DNA of 64,000 nt from Perna viridis (Eukaryota), in NCBI GenBank assembly GCA_037379345.1, contig CM074520.1:18331488-18395487 (forward strand). Reading direction: 5' to 3'. How positions within the stretch are numbered: position 1 is the stretch's first letter; each line of letters begins with the position of its first letter. Below the pieces are notes generated by a model, which had not been told where the DNA came from, ran no database searches, and worked only from the letters and a program-made list of their open reading frames with translations. Below are positions 26,431 to 38,414 of the stretch, piece after piece. Both the position numbers and the translations under genes were made by a program.

Positions 26431-26703
26431 TATAAAACGTCCCACAATGTGACGACTCTATTTGCTACACTGCTCCATCGGATCAAATTGATACAGGGAA
26501 GATATATAAACGTATAGAAAGGTCTGAAAAATTCCCAACGATGTTAGAACGACCAAAAAATTTGCATCGCAAATTTGACAGTTCTAACATCGTTGGGAAT
26601 TTTTCAGAACTTTCTATACGTTTATATATATCTTCCCTGTATCAATTTGATCCGATGGAGCAGTGTAGCAAATAGAGTCGTCACATTCTGAGACGTTTGT
26701 ATA
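26431..26703. mobile_element. Foldback (head-to-head inverted) pair of 5'-truncated copies of the tRNA-SINE
   Basis: Arms 26431-26550 and 26581-26703 are near-perfect reverse complements and match the 3' half of the copy at 56933-57187. Confidence 0.92.
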
Positions 26704-26819
26704 ATATTGATTTGTTGTGACATGCATCATTAATTTGATCCTCTATCCTATATATTAACATCTAAATGAACTGTCCCGTACTACCATACATCGTGTACTA
26801 AGTTATAGCCCTAGGTTAA

Positions 26820-27269
26820 GGTTACAGATCACCAATTCAACCAATGAGCATTTGGAACGTACGCAAAAATAGTCCTACGCAGAAATTACCCCTGTTCCTC
26901 ATAGTGCTGTGAAAAAAGTTTTCATCTTATTTAAAAAATTTAAACAGTTTCTGAAAGGAAAAACATTTCTGTACATTTTATAGGTGCATTTTGCTTCTTG
27001 TGATGTGAGGCCTAATCTCCATAATGATTTTTAAATATACCCCTATCTTGTGAAAACACTGGGATTTCCCATGCTATTTATAGACCAGTACTGCACTGCA
27101 AGTCTGCTAACCCCACATGCCATTCTGAGGATTGTGAGCTGACATATGTAGAATCATGCTGATATATAGTCCTCTGCAGGTTAAAGTTAAGGTAAAGTCC
27201 AGAGAAGCCATTGAATATTGTGAAATTAGCATAGAAGCCTATGGAAAGTGGAATTAGTGGTTTTTAGCC
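26820..27269. mobile_element. Possible non-autonomous TTAA-targeting (Kolobok-like) DNA element
   Basis: TTAA|GG start and CC|TTAA end 450 bp apart; only very short imperfect terminal symmetry (GGTTA / GGCTA). Confidence 0.3.
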
Positions 27270-27321
27270 TTAATCGTACGAGGAGGTTTGACCCGGCAGC
27301 GAAAGCTATATTTTTTAAATA

Positions 27322-27490
27322 GCCTAGTTGGCCGAGTGGTCTAGGGCGCTGGACTTAGTGCAGGCGGTGATGCCATAGATGTCACAGCAGTACGAGTTCG
27401 AGTCCCGCGGAGGGAACGACCAAAAATTTGCATCGCAAATTTGACAGTTCTAACATCGGGAATTTTTCAGACCTTTATATATATATATAT
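27322..27490 (+). mobile_element. tRNA-derived SINE, 3'-shortened, ending in (TA)n
   Basis: A box TGGCCGAGTGG, B box GAGTTCGAGTCC, body shared with copies at 26.4, 56.9 and 62.8 kb. Confidence 0.9.
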
Positions 27491-27802
27491 AAAGTACTAT
27501 ATATACTATACTAAACATACTAGATCCTTGCAGACCTTTACGCCACTTATTGATTTATTATACATCGATTCCATTATATCCTCTATTTTGATGTAGATAA
27601 CTGTCACTATCATCCATGTTCTATTCAATGCACTGCATTGTACTATTTGATGGGCGAGAAGTAGTATACCATAACCATCGAAGAAGAGTGAAATGTTTCA
27701 AATAGTAATATACTCCGTAATTTTGTTCTTAGTTTAATACAATAAATTTATTTTAATTCATAGAAGAAAGTTACAAATTTAAGACACATCTCAAATCTGA
27801 TA

Positions 27803-28313
27803 GCCCCGTGTAGGTCTGGGTGTTAAAAGAATAGGCCTGCAGCAGCGCTAAGCTTGTCGTAAAAGGCGACTAAATAGTGCTCAGAACCCTAGCCGGGGGC
27901 TAGGGCGCTCTGCCCTCAGAGCAACTGGGATGTGTGCCCCAGGTGGTGGAATGGGGTACCCCTGGCGTGTTACATGCTGGGGTTGTCAAAAACCTGATCG
28001 CAAACCATAGTGGTGCACCGTGTTGGGAAAGATGCCACGTTCCTCGCACGTTGAAGAACCCTACTGTGGTATTCTCCCGGAGTAGGAACCATAGGGCTCC
28101 GCCATAGGAAGCTAAATTGACCGACCCTACCCACCTCTCCCTATTTCCAGTGGCAATCAAAATTTGTCGACCCCATTGTCCTTGTGTCCCATCCTTTTTT
28201 CATTTCATCATTATTCTGTGTTCATTTTATCATCAATTTCACGTTCATCGTCTGAATATAGCTGAAATATTGCTGCTCGGACGTTAAACCCCAACAAACA
28301 AACAACAAACAAA
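27803..28313 (+). mobile_element. Non-autonomous retroposon (SINE-like) with hairpin-rich head and (CAAA)n tail
   Basis: 11-bp TSD CAAATCTGATA at 27792-27802 and 28314-28324; central GCACGTTGAAGAACCC motif and 3' GCTGAAATATTGCT...GACGTTAAAC-(CAAA)n end resembling bivalve SINE families. Confidence 0.88.
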
Positions 28314-29897
28314 CAAATCTGATACTTTCTGGTATGAATTAAAACAAAGTTTGTAATTTTGAAAAAAAGAAAATAAATACATGTGACCCTTATGTTTTTG
28401 TAAACCCCCACGGATGATTGTGGAAACAACTGCATGATCCGGAAAGACAGTATATCTGGATGCTGCTATATGCATCTATATGCATGAACTAAGGCACTGA
28501 CCATATTCTTCCCGAGGGGGCTGAAATTTTAGTTGAGTTAAGAATTTTTTTTTGCAGCTGCTAATCTATCAAATCTACGTTCATGAGTAAATGCTATAAT
28601 TTGTTTTTTTTTTTTCATTCAAAATAATCCCCTGGTTTCCACTCCACTTCTTCAGCATATATATTGGCGGTATATATCCTGTTGTTCGTGAACGGCGAGC
28701 GTAAGAGACTCGTAATTTTTTTAGTAACCCTAAATAAAATTCATCTAATTTAGTCGTAATTATTTCCTTTCAAATGACCAATGATTACTAATTGTTTGCA
28801 TGAATTGGGGTAATTAAGATGAAGATCACACCTTTAACAATACTTGCCTGTCGTGTAGTCTTGTTTCCCTATTGATGAAAATTAAATTTCCGATTGACAA
28901 TGGACGATCCGTACATTGTTTTGAAGAGGCTGCGATGAGATCTTGATAAATGGTATTAAGATAAAAAAAAACTTTGGATCACTCAGTACATCTCCGTCTA
29001 AGAATAGGGCAAAATGTATATAAATAATATGTGGCACACGAAGGAAAAAACGAAGAGATTTTATTGCATTAACCAAATAATTTTACCAGATAACTACCAG
29101 AAATAACCATCAAAGTGTTTGTAAAATTTGCCTTTTAAAGATATTGATAGGTCAAATTCAGTTGAAATGCACTATGGAAAAAATGGCGGGAAAATTTTCG
29201 CGCACTCTTCCCCATATAAGCAGTAAAAATATCTAAAATATTAAATATTTTTTTGATTGTTTTCTAGACGTACTGAATATGTAATTTAGGCAAAAATTGG
29301 GGAAAATGATGTGCACCCATTGCCTGATCCTTACACAGAATGGTACTTAAAACTTTACGAGGTATTTTACATTATTTATGAAAGCTTTATGTATTTGTGA
29401 GAAATTAATACATGTATAGAAATCTGTGAACATTTTCAATACTTAGCTTATTATAAGACAAGTGCAAGATGAAATACCCGGAAGAAAGGGGGGAATAATC
29501 CAGATTGATTCGTTTTGTTAGTAAGTCTTCCATAATGCTTACCATAGCAAATGAAACATTTTTTTTTCATTCTGTATGGATCTGTATTCAGAAGTAAAAT
29601 ATTGATTCTTCTAAAATGGTTTAAGATAAAAATTGCTTCAATTTCAGTGTAACCACCCTGCAAACGAATTACATTGTTTTTAATTTACAGAACAAGTGAG
29701 AAGAGTGTAAACTAGATATGGCTATCGATATCATTTATTACCGAATGGCAGTATTATCGAATCTATCTTAAAATTGCGATTACCTTTACCGCCCGGTTCC
29801 TTCTGTTTCTTGTAGAAAATGTCATAGCAACGGAATATTTGAAAAAAACATCTTAAAGTAAAAGCTTGCAAACTTCTTATGAACACATGGTACACAT

Positions 29898-29915
29898 TCA
29901 CACACACACACTTAC

Positions 29916-29947
<32 letters not shown>
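29898..29947. repeat. (CA)n / (GA)n compound microsatellite
   Basis: Directly visible. Confidence 0.95.
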
Positions 29948-29950
<3 letters not shown>

Positions 29951-30569
29951 ATTAAAAAAAACCCTTAAATCTAAAAGAATACAGCCTTAATGAAAACTTG
30001 CATAAAGAAAATAAATTACAACAATCGCTACATGTAATATTGCATGTAAAAGGTAACATTTCAATCGCATGTGAATTGCACGGTTCTAATATTGTCTGTA
30101 AACGGCACCATGTAGGGGTACTGCTATGACGAAAGATCTCGGTTTTAAGTTGTTTGTCCATGGTTTGCATTTACTTGACTCCTTTATATTTCTTAGAAAA
30201 ATATATAAGCAACGGGATGACAATAAATCAATTCAATAAAACTACATAATTCTCTTGACAGAGTAAATGTGCAGTTGTCATAACAATAGAGTCTGTTAGA
30301 TCAATATGTCATTTATAGTAATGGCTTGCAGGAATTTGTCTAGACTTATGCTGTAAAAAATAAGATTCTTTGTGTCACGTGTCTTTATACTACCCGCTTC
30401 AGTTCAGTAAATTTGATAAGGAAATAAGGTAAAAAAATGAAATTAAATTTAAAGACAGACTTGGGGAAAAGACTAGTCTAAGTAGTGCACAACTATCATT
30501 AGTATACATAGCACATTATTAGTTCTAGGAATCGGGACGAGAGAGTTCAGCGAGTGGCGGTGGCGCATA

Positions 30570-30830
30570 ACTATAGGGACAAGGATATAAAGTTGTCATT
30601 TCCAAAGCTGTACGGTCATCACCATGCACTGACGGAAAAATATAGAATGTCCTTTTTCGAATATGATCACCCGCCTACTACTGTTATAGATGTCATCGAT
30701 CCCTCGTTGTCAGGTCAGGTAAAATTCGACAGGCCGCACGTTGGGTCTCTTGTAAGAAGCAGAAACTGCTCATCCTTCTTACCGTAGCTTTTAGTGGGGT
30801 TGTATATAACTTTTCATTTGTTCTGTAAAT
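30570..30830 (+). mobile_element. 3' fragment of the same Penelope-like family including RT C-terminal peptide
   Basis: IKLSFPKLYGHHHALTEKY resembles the LKSS..KFYGRHH.L..KY C-terminus of these RTs, followed by GAAGCAGAAACTGCTCATCCTTC...TTTTAGTGGGGTT. Confidence 0.5.
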
Positions 30831-30950
30831 ATTGTACACTTTTTGCAAAAAGCATACAATATTTCTATAAAAGTTTATACGACTTCAGCAATTCACAGGT
30901 ATTATGTCTATCCAATATATATGTATAATACGAAAAAAAAAACAAAAACA

Positions 30951-30992
<42 letters not shown>

Positions 30993-32284
30993 ACAAAAAC
31001 AAAACTCACATGCACGCACGCATTAGTATTCATAAAGGAATCATACAATATTTTCTCAAGTACTAAACAGAATTAGTTGAAATACGAAACATATAGCAGG
31101 ACATGCATTACCAGTAAAAGATTTGAAAATGAACATTTATTACGTTTCGCATAAAAAAATCGCGAAGTCATTGATTTTTGTTTAAAAAAAATGACAAGAC
31201 TGTGATTACGGTAGTACAAATAAAAACAAATTCGATTGGCGAATATCTACAACGCGAGGGGTGCATGGGCTATCCTCCCTTTGCTGGAAAATTAGAATAA
31301 AAAAAAAAAACAAATGACAATCCTGAAACCTTCCTTATCAAAATATTCTGGATCCGAACCTGCCATCAAAGATTTAATTCAGAACATTTCTTCAAACTTA
31401 TACTGTTGAATCTTTCATGAATACGTCATATGTCTTTATTAATTAGAGTATACAGATATTCGCCAATCGAATTTTCATTTCATTTCCGACTACATTCCAT
31501 GTAGATAAACTTTAAACTTAAAAATGAGGATGGAATTATAAATGCTTATAAACCATTCATGTTTTTACCATTGACACGGAGTACAATTTCCCGTCGTCAT
31601 TAATTGATGCAAGAATATTTTCACAATAGGTCAAAACATTAAAAATGTAAACCTGCAATTCAACTTTTGTACTCAATTTGTTCTGTTGCGTACCATGCAC
31701 GAATTGCTTCGTTTGAAAACATTGGAATAATGCCTTGCATTATAGATATAAGACCTAAATTTTAAAATAAAAATGTCCTTTGCTGATCAATAATAGAATA
31801 TATTACGTCAATGATGACTATAGACGATTACCGATCGATTTGACCTTAATTTCCGGTGTTTTTATTCTATATTCCACAATTACCGGAAAAAAACCTTTTT
31901 TTTCTGGAACAGTCTTTTAATGCTAGTCTCTATAACTGGAAATATCAAAGTGGATGGAACACTGTCAGACAGACACACAATTTTGACCGTGTAATATTAC
32001 TCTTTGGAAATAGGAAATAATAAATAAAGACAAAATTATCGTATCTTTTGGATAAAATGAGCTATAATTCCATTAAAATGCATGGGGGGGGGCCGCTTTT
32101 TCAAAAGACCAATTGTATGAAATTCATAAACGAGTATAAAGATTTTGATTAGTTATAACTATATATATATGGAGGCGAATGAAATACCGTATAATGAAGA
32201 AGATATGTTCTGGTGGTCGTTAGAACATGGAATTAAATCGGGCAAAATTCGCTTCACATGTTCGGTTCGGCTTTTTATAGACAT

Positions 32285-32490
32285 ACCACCCTGACTTGAT
32301 AGCCGGACACCAAATCACAAAGTACCCATTTTATGTCGAACTACTTTCCCGGAAATTTCGGTTGACATTTTCGAATCATCAGAGGCATGAGTGACACGGC
32401 GAAGAAATTCAACAAAACTTCAATTGGATTCGACCTGTGATCTCCCCATCTGTTAGGTCGGAAGAATCTTACAAACCCGGTCACGGGAAC
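32285..32490 (-). mobile_element. Old degenerate SINE remnant
   Basis: B-box-like CAGGTCGAATCC on minus near 32427-32438 and an AGTACCCATTT conserved-domain-like motif near 32321. Confidence 0.3.
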
Positions 32491-33029
32491 AGTAAGACTG
32501 CTATTCGCTTTTCAAAAGAAACCAGATCGATTCCGAACTCATCTTAAATAATTGGTTTGTATTTTATTTTTCGATTAAAAGGAATTTTCTGCATATCAGC
32601 GGTAATTAAAACTGTCAAAATGAATAGAATAAATGACTTTCGCAGACATTCGATGCCATGAGAATATCTTAGCCGTAAAAAAGAATTTTTAGGATTACAG
32701 TTATATATGCTTTAGTATTGAAATATTTATAATACCCATTAATTTTTCATTGTTCCCTCACGATCAGTTTTGAATTGCTTTTATCAAAGCTTTCAATACA
32801 ATATAGTCGGAATTAGCTGAGAACAGCTGTATATGTAGCCAGTGGGTGTATGCATACAGAGTTTGCTTAGTGGAGTGATGTTCATTGTTGTGTTTTTGCT
32901 TGTTATCTCTATTTTTCGGTTTTACATCATTGTCTCATATGTTTTCCATTTCAATAACTGTATGTAGGAACTATATCATAACATCAATATGATGTACCTG
33001 TAAGTGATATGCACAATATTATTTACATC

Positions 33030-33115
33030 ACTTTAAGTATTAGTCTTTATAAATATCAGACAAGAAGTGATTCATGCATGTCAAAAACCCACCGATCTCA
33101 CTGTTATTTCTTCTT
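33030..33115 (+). repeat. Dispersed repeat, inverted copy at 62612-62692
   Basis: TTAAGTATTAGTCTTTATAAATATCAGACAAGAAGTGATTCATGCATGTCAAAAACCCACCGA closely matches the reverse complement of about 62628-62690. Confidence 0.8.
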
Positions 33116-33524
33116 CAGAAACATATCTGAATGTAGAAATGATTATTGTTATGTCAAGGTACAGCATATGTAGTCGGTAGAAGCATCGTTTGTTTGGTGG
33201 GTTTTTCTTCAGCACGAATCACTTTATCATTAGCAGTGTCTAAATTTTATGTGGACTGGTACTTAAATGGTTTTAGAAGATTCAGGAATAATTTCTAAAT
33301 TTATCATTGAATAAACAGACAGTGGAAAATATATTATGAATAATAAGTTTCGGGAGCGCAGCATGATACGACCACAGCACGTCGACACCTCTTCACTTGG
33401 AGCAAGTGTGGACACAATACAAGTTTTCACACACTTAAGCATAGGGATCTAAAGTTCATTATGGACACAACAAATGGCCCGCATACAATATAGCTCAAAA
33501 TTGGAAATTAAATTAAAAATTTTC

Positions 33525-33853
33525 GAAATTGAACCAAAAAAAGTAGATTTTGTTTTGGATGTGACCCCTTTTCAGCCTTATAACTAAAAAAAAAACGTAA
33601 GAGATATCTGATAATGATTGAAAAATGCGAGCAGATACTTGCATAAAGAATTCAATATTTTTTTGGGTCAAAATTGGTACAAAAATAAAAGAAGTGTTTT
33701 TAGGGGGATGTGGTCCTTTATCAGTCGAATTCTGTATTCGAAATCTAATTGAATAATGCAGTCATGGATTTTAATAAGTAATCTAATAAAAAAAATTTTA
33801 AAATCGGTCCAAAAATAAAAAAAAAATCGATATTTTTGGGGTGGGACCCCCAT
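33525..33853. repeat. Dispersed repeat (probable non-autonomous DNA element), related copy at 57655-57975
   Basis: Shared AATTGRACCAAAA...GTGTGACC...CCTTATAACT...CGTAAGARATAT...TGATTGAAAAATGC and AAATCGGWCCAAAA motifs. Confidence 0.6.
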
Positions 33854-33861
33854 TGGTAACT

Positions 33862-35890
33862 TATAACGTTCAAGGCCTACATCGAAGCGAATTTACCCTG
33901 AAATAGTGTTCAGTGACAAACGTGGTAATACTCCGGAAACAGTAGCTGAAACTTTCAAGGAATATTTTACAGACTTGTATAGCGAAAGTGAAATTGACAA
34001 CTTTGACTGAAAACAAACGTAGGGAAGAAGAGACTTATGAAATCATTTACAAATCTCTAGTGCGTGGTGACACTCTTCCAGGTGGTTCTATCACAGAAGA
34101 TGAGGTAGCCAACATACTTAAAAATCTTAAACGAAGAAAAGCAAGTGGTATTGATCGAATTCAACACGAACATATTTTGTATGGTGGTAAAACTATTATT
34201 AAATTTCTAACCTGGTTTTTTTCAATACTATTGTTCCACTGTATAAAGGCAACAACAAACCGAAATACTTACCGGATAGCTACAGGCCTATTAGCCTTCT
34301 TTCCTGTACTCTTAAAATATTTGAACGTGTCTCATACTCTCGAATTCAAGATGTAGTTTCAGAAAACATTATCTTCCCAACCCTCAACAACAGGGGTTTC
34401 AAACAGGGCTCAGTTGTCTCACTGCATTATTTAATTTGCAAGAAACTGTGTATTTTAACTTAGAATTATCAAGTAAAGTGTATGTAGTCTTTATGGATAG
34501 TCGAAAAGCCTTCGACACAGTATGGCGAAAGGGGTTATAGTCAAATTAGATAGATTAGGTATTAAAGGTAAATTATGACAATTAATAGATAACCTTCATA
34601 ATAATACATATAGTGCAGTTATTGTTAATCAATGTCAATCTGACTTTTTTCTTGTCAATGAAGGTGTTCGACAAGGTGGTGTCCTTTCAGGCTTACTATA
34701 TGTAGTGTTTATTAATGATTTGCTAACTGATCTTCGGAATGTTAACTCAAATACTGGGGTTAATAATGTTGTAAATTATGCCCCATCATTAGCTAATGAT
34801 ATTGGTTGTCTTAGTACAACCCCCGTTATGTTACAACGTATGCTTGATGTCTGTTATAAGTTCTCACGAATGTGGCGATTTACATTTAATGCACAGAAGT
34901 CATACATTGTGATATTTACGCTTAATCCGAGGTCGGTTACATCCAACTTTAACTGGACTATAGGACAGGAGTGTATTCCTATTTCAGACAACGCAATCCA
35001 TCTTGGTATAATCTTAAATGCTTACTTAAAGAATCACGAAAGAACTATTAAAGCCTGTCAAAAAGGAAAAAAACTCGTTTTTTGCATTAAATGGAATTTC
35101 TTCGTATACAACAAACCCGAGTGTTCTTGTTAAATTATATTTCTCTGTCATCCTTCCATCTACATTGCATGATTTAGAACTTTGGTCCAACCTCAAAACG
35201 CAAGACTTGCGTACTCTTAACCGATTTCAACACCTGATAGTCAAAAACACTCAAAATTAATACTCGGATATGTGTGAAAGTATTCTAAGCTTCCATCCTA
35301 TCACAAGTGAGATTGATAAACGCAAATTATTCTTTCTTCAAAAGCTGTGCACTTTGGACAACAAACATTTATAGAACGGACATTCCCAGTGGTTCACTAA
35401 TTATATGTTTAATATGTAATAGACAATACGTAGACTTTTTTGCCATATTTCTTGTACATGTTCTGCAACCAACGTCTTGAGACAAATCTGGTGGGACTTG
35501 ACAATCGAAAACTTCGACCTAGAACTGTTTACAGAACTTGACTCGTATTCCCGGGATGATCTTTTTATTATTCTACTTGGGAAAATATCGAACACTATAC
35601 AAAGCAGCAATGATGACGCAATCAACTTCACTAAATTGTGCCACGCTCATTTTGTACAAGGCGCCGCAGAATACAACCGCCAGTTTAGACTTGTTTGTGA
35701 TAACGTTGACGTGGACTGTACTAATACAGATATCCCCGATTGAAATGCATGTTTCATAAAATAATTGTAAATATTTGATATCTTTTCCCATTTTTTACAT
35801 GTAATAATGTTTTGTTATTTGCTATATATATAAACTGTTCATATATCTCATGTATTTGAGGAAATAAAGGTATGAATGAATGAATGAATG
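33862..35890 (+). mobile_element. 5'-truncated non-LTR retrotransposon (RTEX/L2-like), pseudogenised RT
   Basis: KRRKASGIDRIQHEHILYGG, SYRPISLL, QQQGF, DSRKAFDTVW, GVRQGGVLSG, SLANDI (decayed ADD), WRFTFNAQKS, HLGI; frameshifts; AATAAA at 35863 and (ATGA)n tail 35872-35890. Confidence 0.92.
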
Positions 35891-36604
35891 TTGAATTATC
35901 TTCTCGAGCGACGACCTTTGAGTAAGCCGCTATTCCCACTCTGATAAGTGTATTGTCTGCAAAAAAAAAATGGACAAGTATGGTCAATCTTCTTTATAAA
36001 TTTATGTATCCGCCCTGACAAAACGCTCTTCAAAATTCAAATGCATATTTTATTGTATTTTAAAGTAAACGTTTTAATATTTGATGTGGTGAGGATGTAA
36101 CAAATAAAAATCGTTCTGTTAAATTTTATTGCTTTGTCACATTAACTGGCAAAAAAACCAAAAAAAAAAACATGATGATTCAGTTTATTCTGAAATGAAT
36201 ATTGTGTAGTTAAGAGAGTCTAACTGAAAATATTTGAAATAAACGAGACATTGAGGGGACGGCATCTCCAGAACGGTAGCTCTAAGTTAACAAGCGAATA
36301 TAGAAATTCGCAAACTTTGCCTGATTCTTAAAAGAGGTCTTTTCATGTTGGTACATATTTGAAAAGAAAAATAATTAAGAGTAGTAAAACTAGATAACGA
36401 TTCCAAAATTCTCTCTTATATAACAAATGGCTTGCAGATGGTAAGGATCCGGAATAACTTACTTTCATTACGAACACATTATATATTTATACTTTTTATA
36501 GAGAAAATAAAATGTTACCGCCATAATATCTTCATGAGGCGTTAAATTATGATTGATCCCCTGACGAAGGTTCACTAAAACTTTGAACTGTTCTTTGGTA
36601 AACT

Positions 36605-36686
36605 CATCTCCGCCAGCCAAGGTTTACGGTCCTGTCTCACGGTGAAGGGTGGGGAGGCAGGACGGTTACCTTGGCTAGCGTAGATG
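36605..36686. repeat. Short palindromic element (~33-bp imperfect arms)
   Basis: CATCTCCGCCAGCCAAGG...GTCCTGTCTC pairs with GAGGCAGGAC...CCTTGGCTAGCGTAGATG. Confidence 0.8.
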
Positions 36687-36922
36687 GGGTAACAACAGGG
36701 CAACAAATGTAGAGAATGCCGCTGATGTGATAGATCTAGAGTTTTACCAAGGCTGAAGGGCAATCTTATAGAAGAAGTGAACGAAAAAAGTCACTAACTA
36801 CAATGCTGAGGAACGAATTATCGTGACTGCTTCAGCAATTTTGGAATGTTTTTCATGTCAAACCATACAATTTTATGTCACTTAAAAAATCAATATTTAT
36901 TTTTATAAGGAGACTAGTTTGA

Positions 36923-37004
36923 GATTACTCTGACCTCCGACATTTTTTTTTCCACAGACAAGCTAGGACCGTGGAAAAAAATGTCGTTTGACGTCAGAGC
37001 AATC
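36923..37004. repeat. Short palindromic element
   Basis: GATTACTCTGAC..CGACATTTTTTTTTCCAC pairs with GTGGAAAAAAATGTCG...GTCAGAGCAATC. Confidence 0.8.
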
Positions 37005-38254
37005 CCTGGCATTAAGGTGACGTGAACCAACCTCCCTTAGCCCTATCTATGAATGGGAACCTGGTATGAATTAGGACTAAACATGCAGACAACCATTTAT
37101 TGTGAGTAAATTTATGTATTAAGTTTCAAGGCCTTAAGTTTTTGTTTTTTGTTTTTGTTTTTGTAAATTCACAGGCAAAAACAGATTTCTCACTCACCTC
37201 CATCTTTAACAAACTATTTCTGAATGAAAAATAAATAAAATCTTTCTCTTAACGTGTCATGTTTTCTGAGTGCAACCTGGTGTTCTCGGTCATACCATAA
37301 TGGCCCATGAAGTCCTTCTGTGAATTCATGAAATGGAATCGCATCAACTATTTTGATCGTAAATAAACCAACCACAAAATAGTAATGACTCTTATAGCAT
37401 AGGAACAAAACAATGGCACACTGTCCGCATCGGTCGAGTTCAGCTGTATTCATTTATGAAAGAAATAAAGGTTTCATTTTGTTATGAACATCTTTTTTAC
37501 TTAATAATTAAAACACCTTTTTTTATTTATATAGCAGTTAAAGATCTATTTCCTTCCGCTGACGCACGTCAGTAAAAAAGTCTTAGCTGTTGCTTTGCCA
37601 AGCGCTGCCAACTTTTGATATTCACTTTAATTAACAAGCAACAACATTCTCTCATCTTAAAACAATGTGTTACTGATGTTTAAAACGTACACCCACAGGA
37701 ATGCAGGTGTTACAAGTCGTATCAATTCAGGTGCATTAACTATTCTTACGTAATTCTGAATGATTTGGTCACCGATGCATGGAAAGACGTCGAGGCAAAA
37801 TGGGGAAGAAATTGTTGGGGTGTGAAGTGGCAACGCGGATTCGTGGCATCCAAACGAGTTTTACTGGTTGGCGGAATTGAAAAGAGAATTATCGAGAATT
37901 AGAATGATCTAAGTTTAAAAGTATCACATACGTAACACAGGGACTAACTTCAGATTAAGATCACATCTCGGTGTGAGAGTATTACGATAGATTTAAACTG
38001 TGAGCTTGTGGACAAGCTGACAAAGAAACGCGTACGTTGCAAAATATGTACTACGTAGCAGACTAATGTTGGTCATCTGGAAGTTTGATAAGTGTGGGGG
38101 TATGTGAGAATAGAGCAGTGTACGGGGAGTTTTGGACTTGCTTACTGATTTTTTTTGGTTTTTATTCTTCAGGATCAAAATACCTTATTTCCTTCTATTT
38201 CTAAACTCTACACGAAAATATAGTCCAAATGTAAGTCCTCTTCAATACATATTT

Positions 38255-38414
38255 CAGGGACGGATCCAGAATTTGAGTTTAGGCGGGGGCGTTAATTGAA
38301 TTAAATGCCGTGCAAAGCAAGGTAAAAAGTATTATGGTGTGAAAATTGTGGTGGAAAATTTTTTTCTTACCGATTTAGGGGGGGGGCGTACGCCAGTCCT
38401 TGGATCCGCACCTG
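38255..38414. mobile_element. Short MITE with CAGGG.CGGATCCA termini
   Basis: TIRs CAGGGACGGATCCA / TGGATCCGCACCTG; related single termini near 31350, 40355, 45925. No clean TSD. Confidence 0.65.

Noticed and set aside
27322-27415. tRNA-Leu/Ser gene (also 56933 and 62870)
   Set aside because: No proper acceptor stem or cloverleaf; continues into a shared SINE body in several diverged copies.
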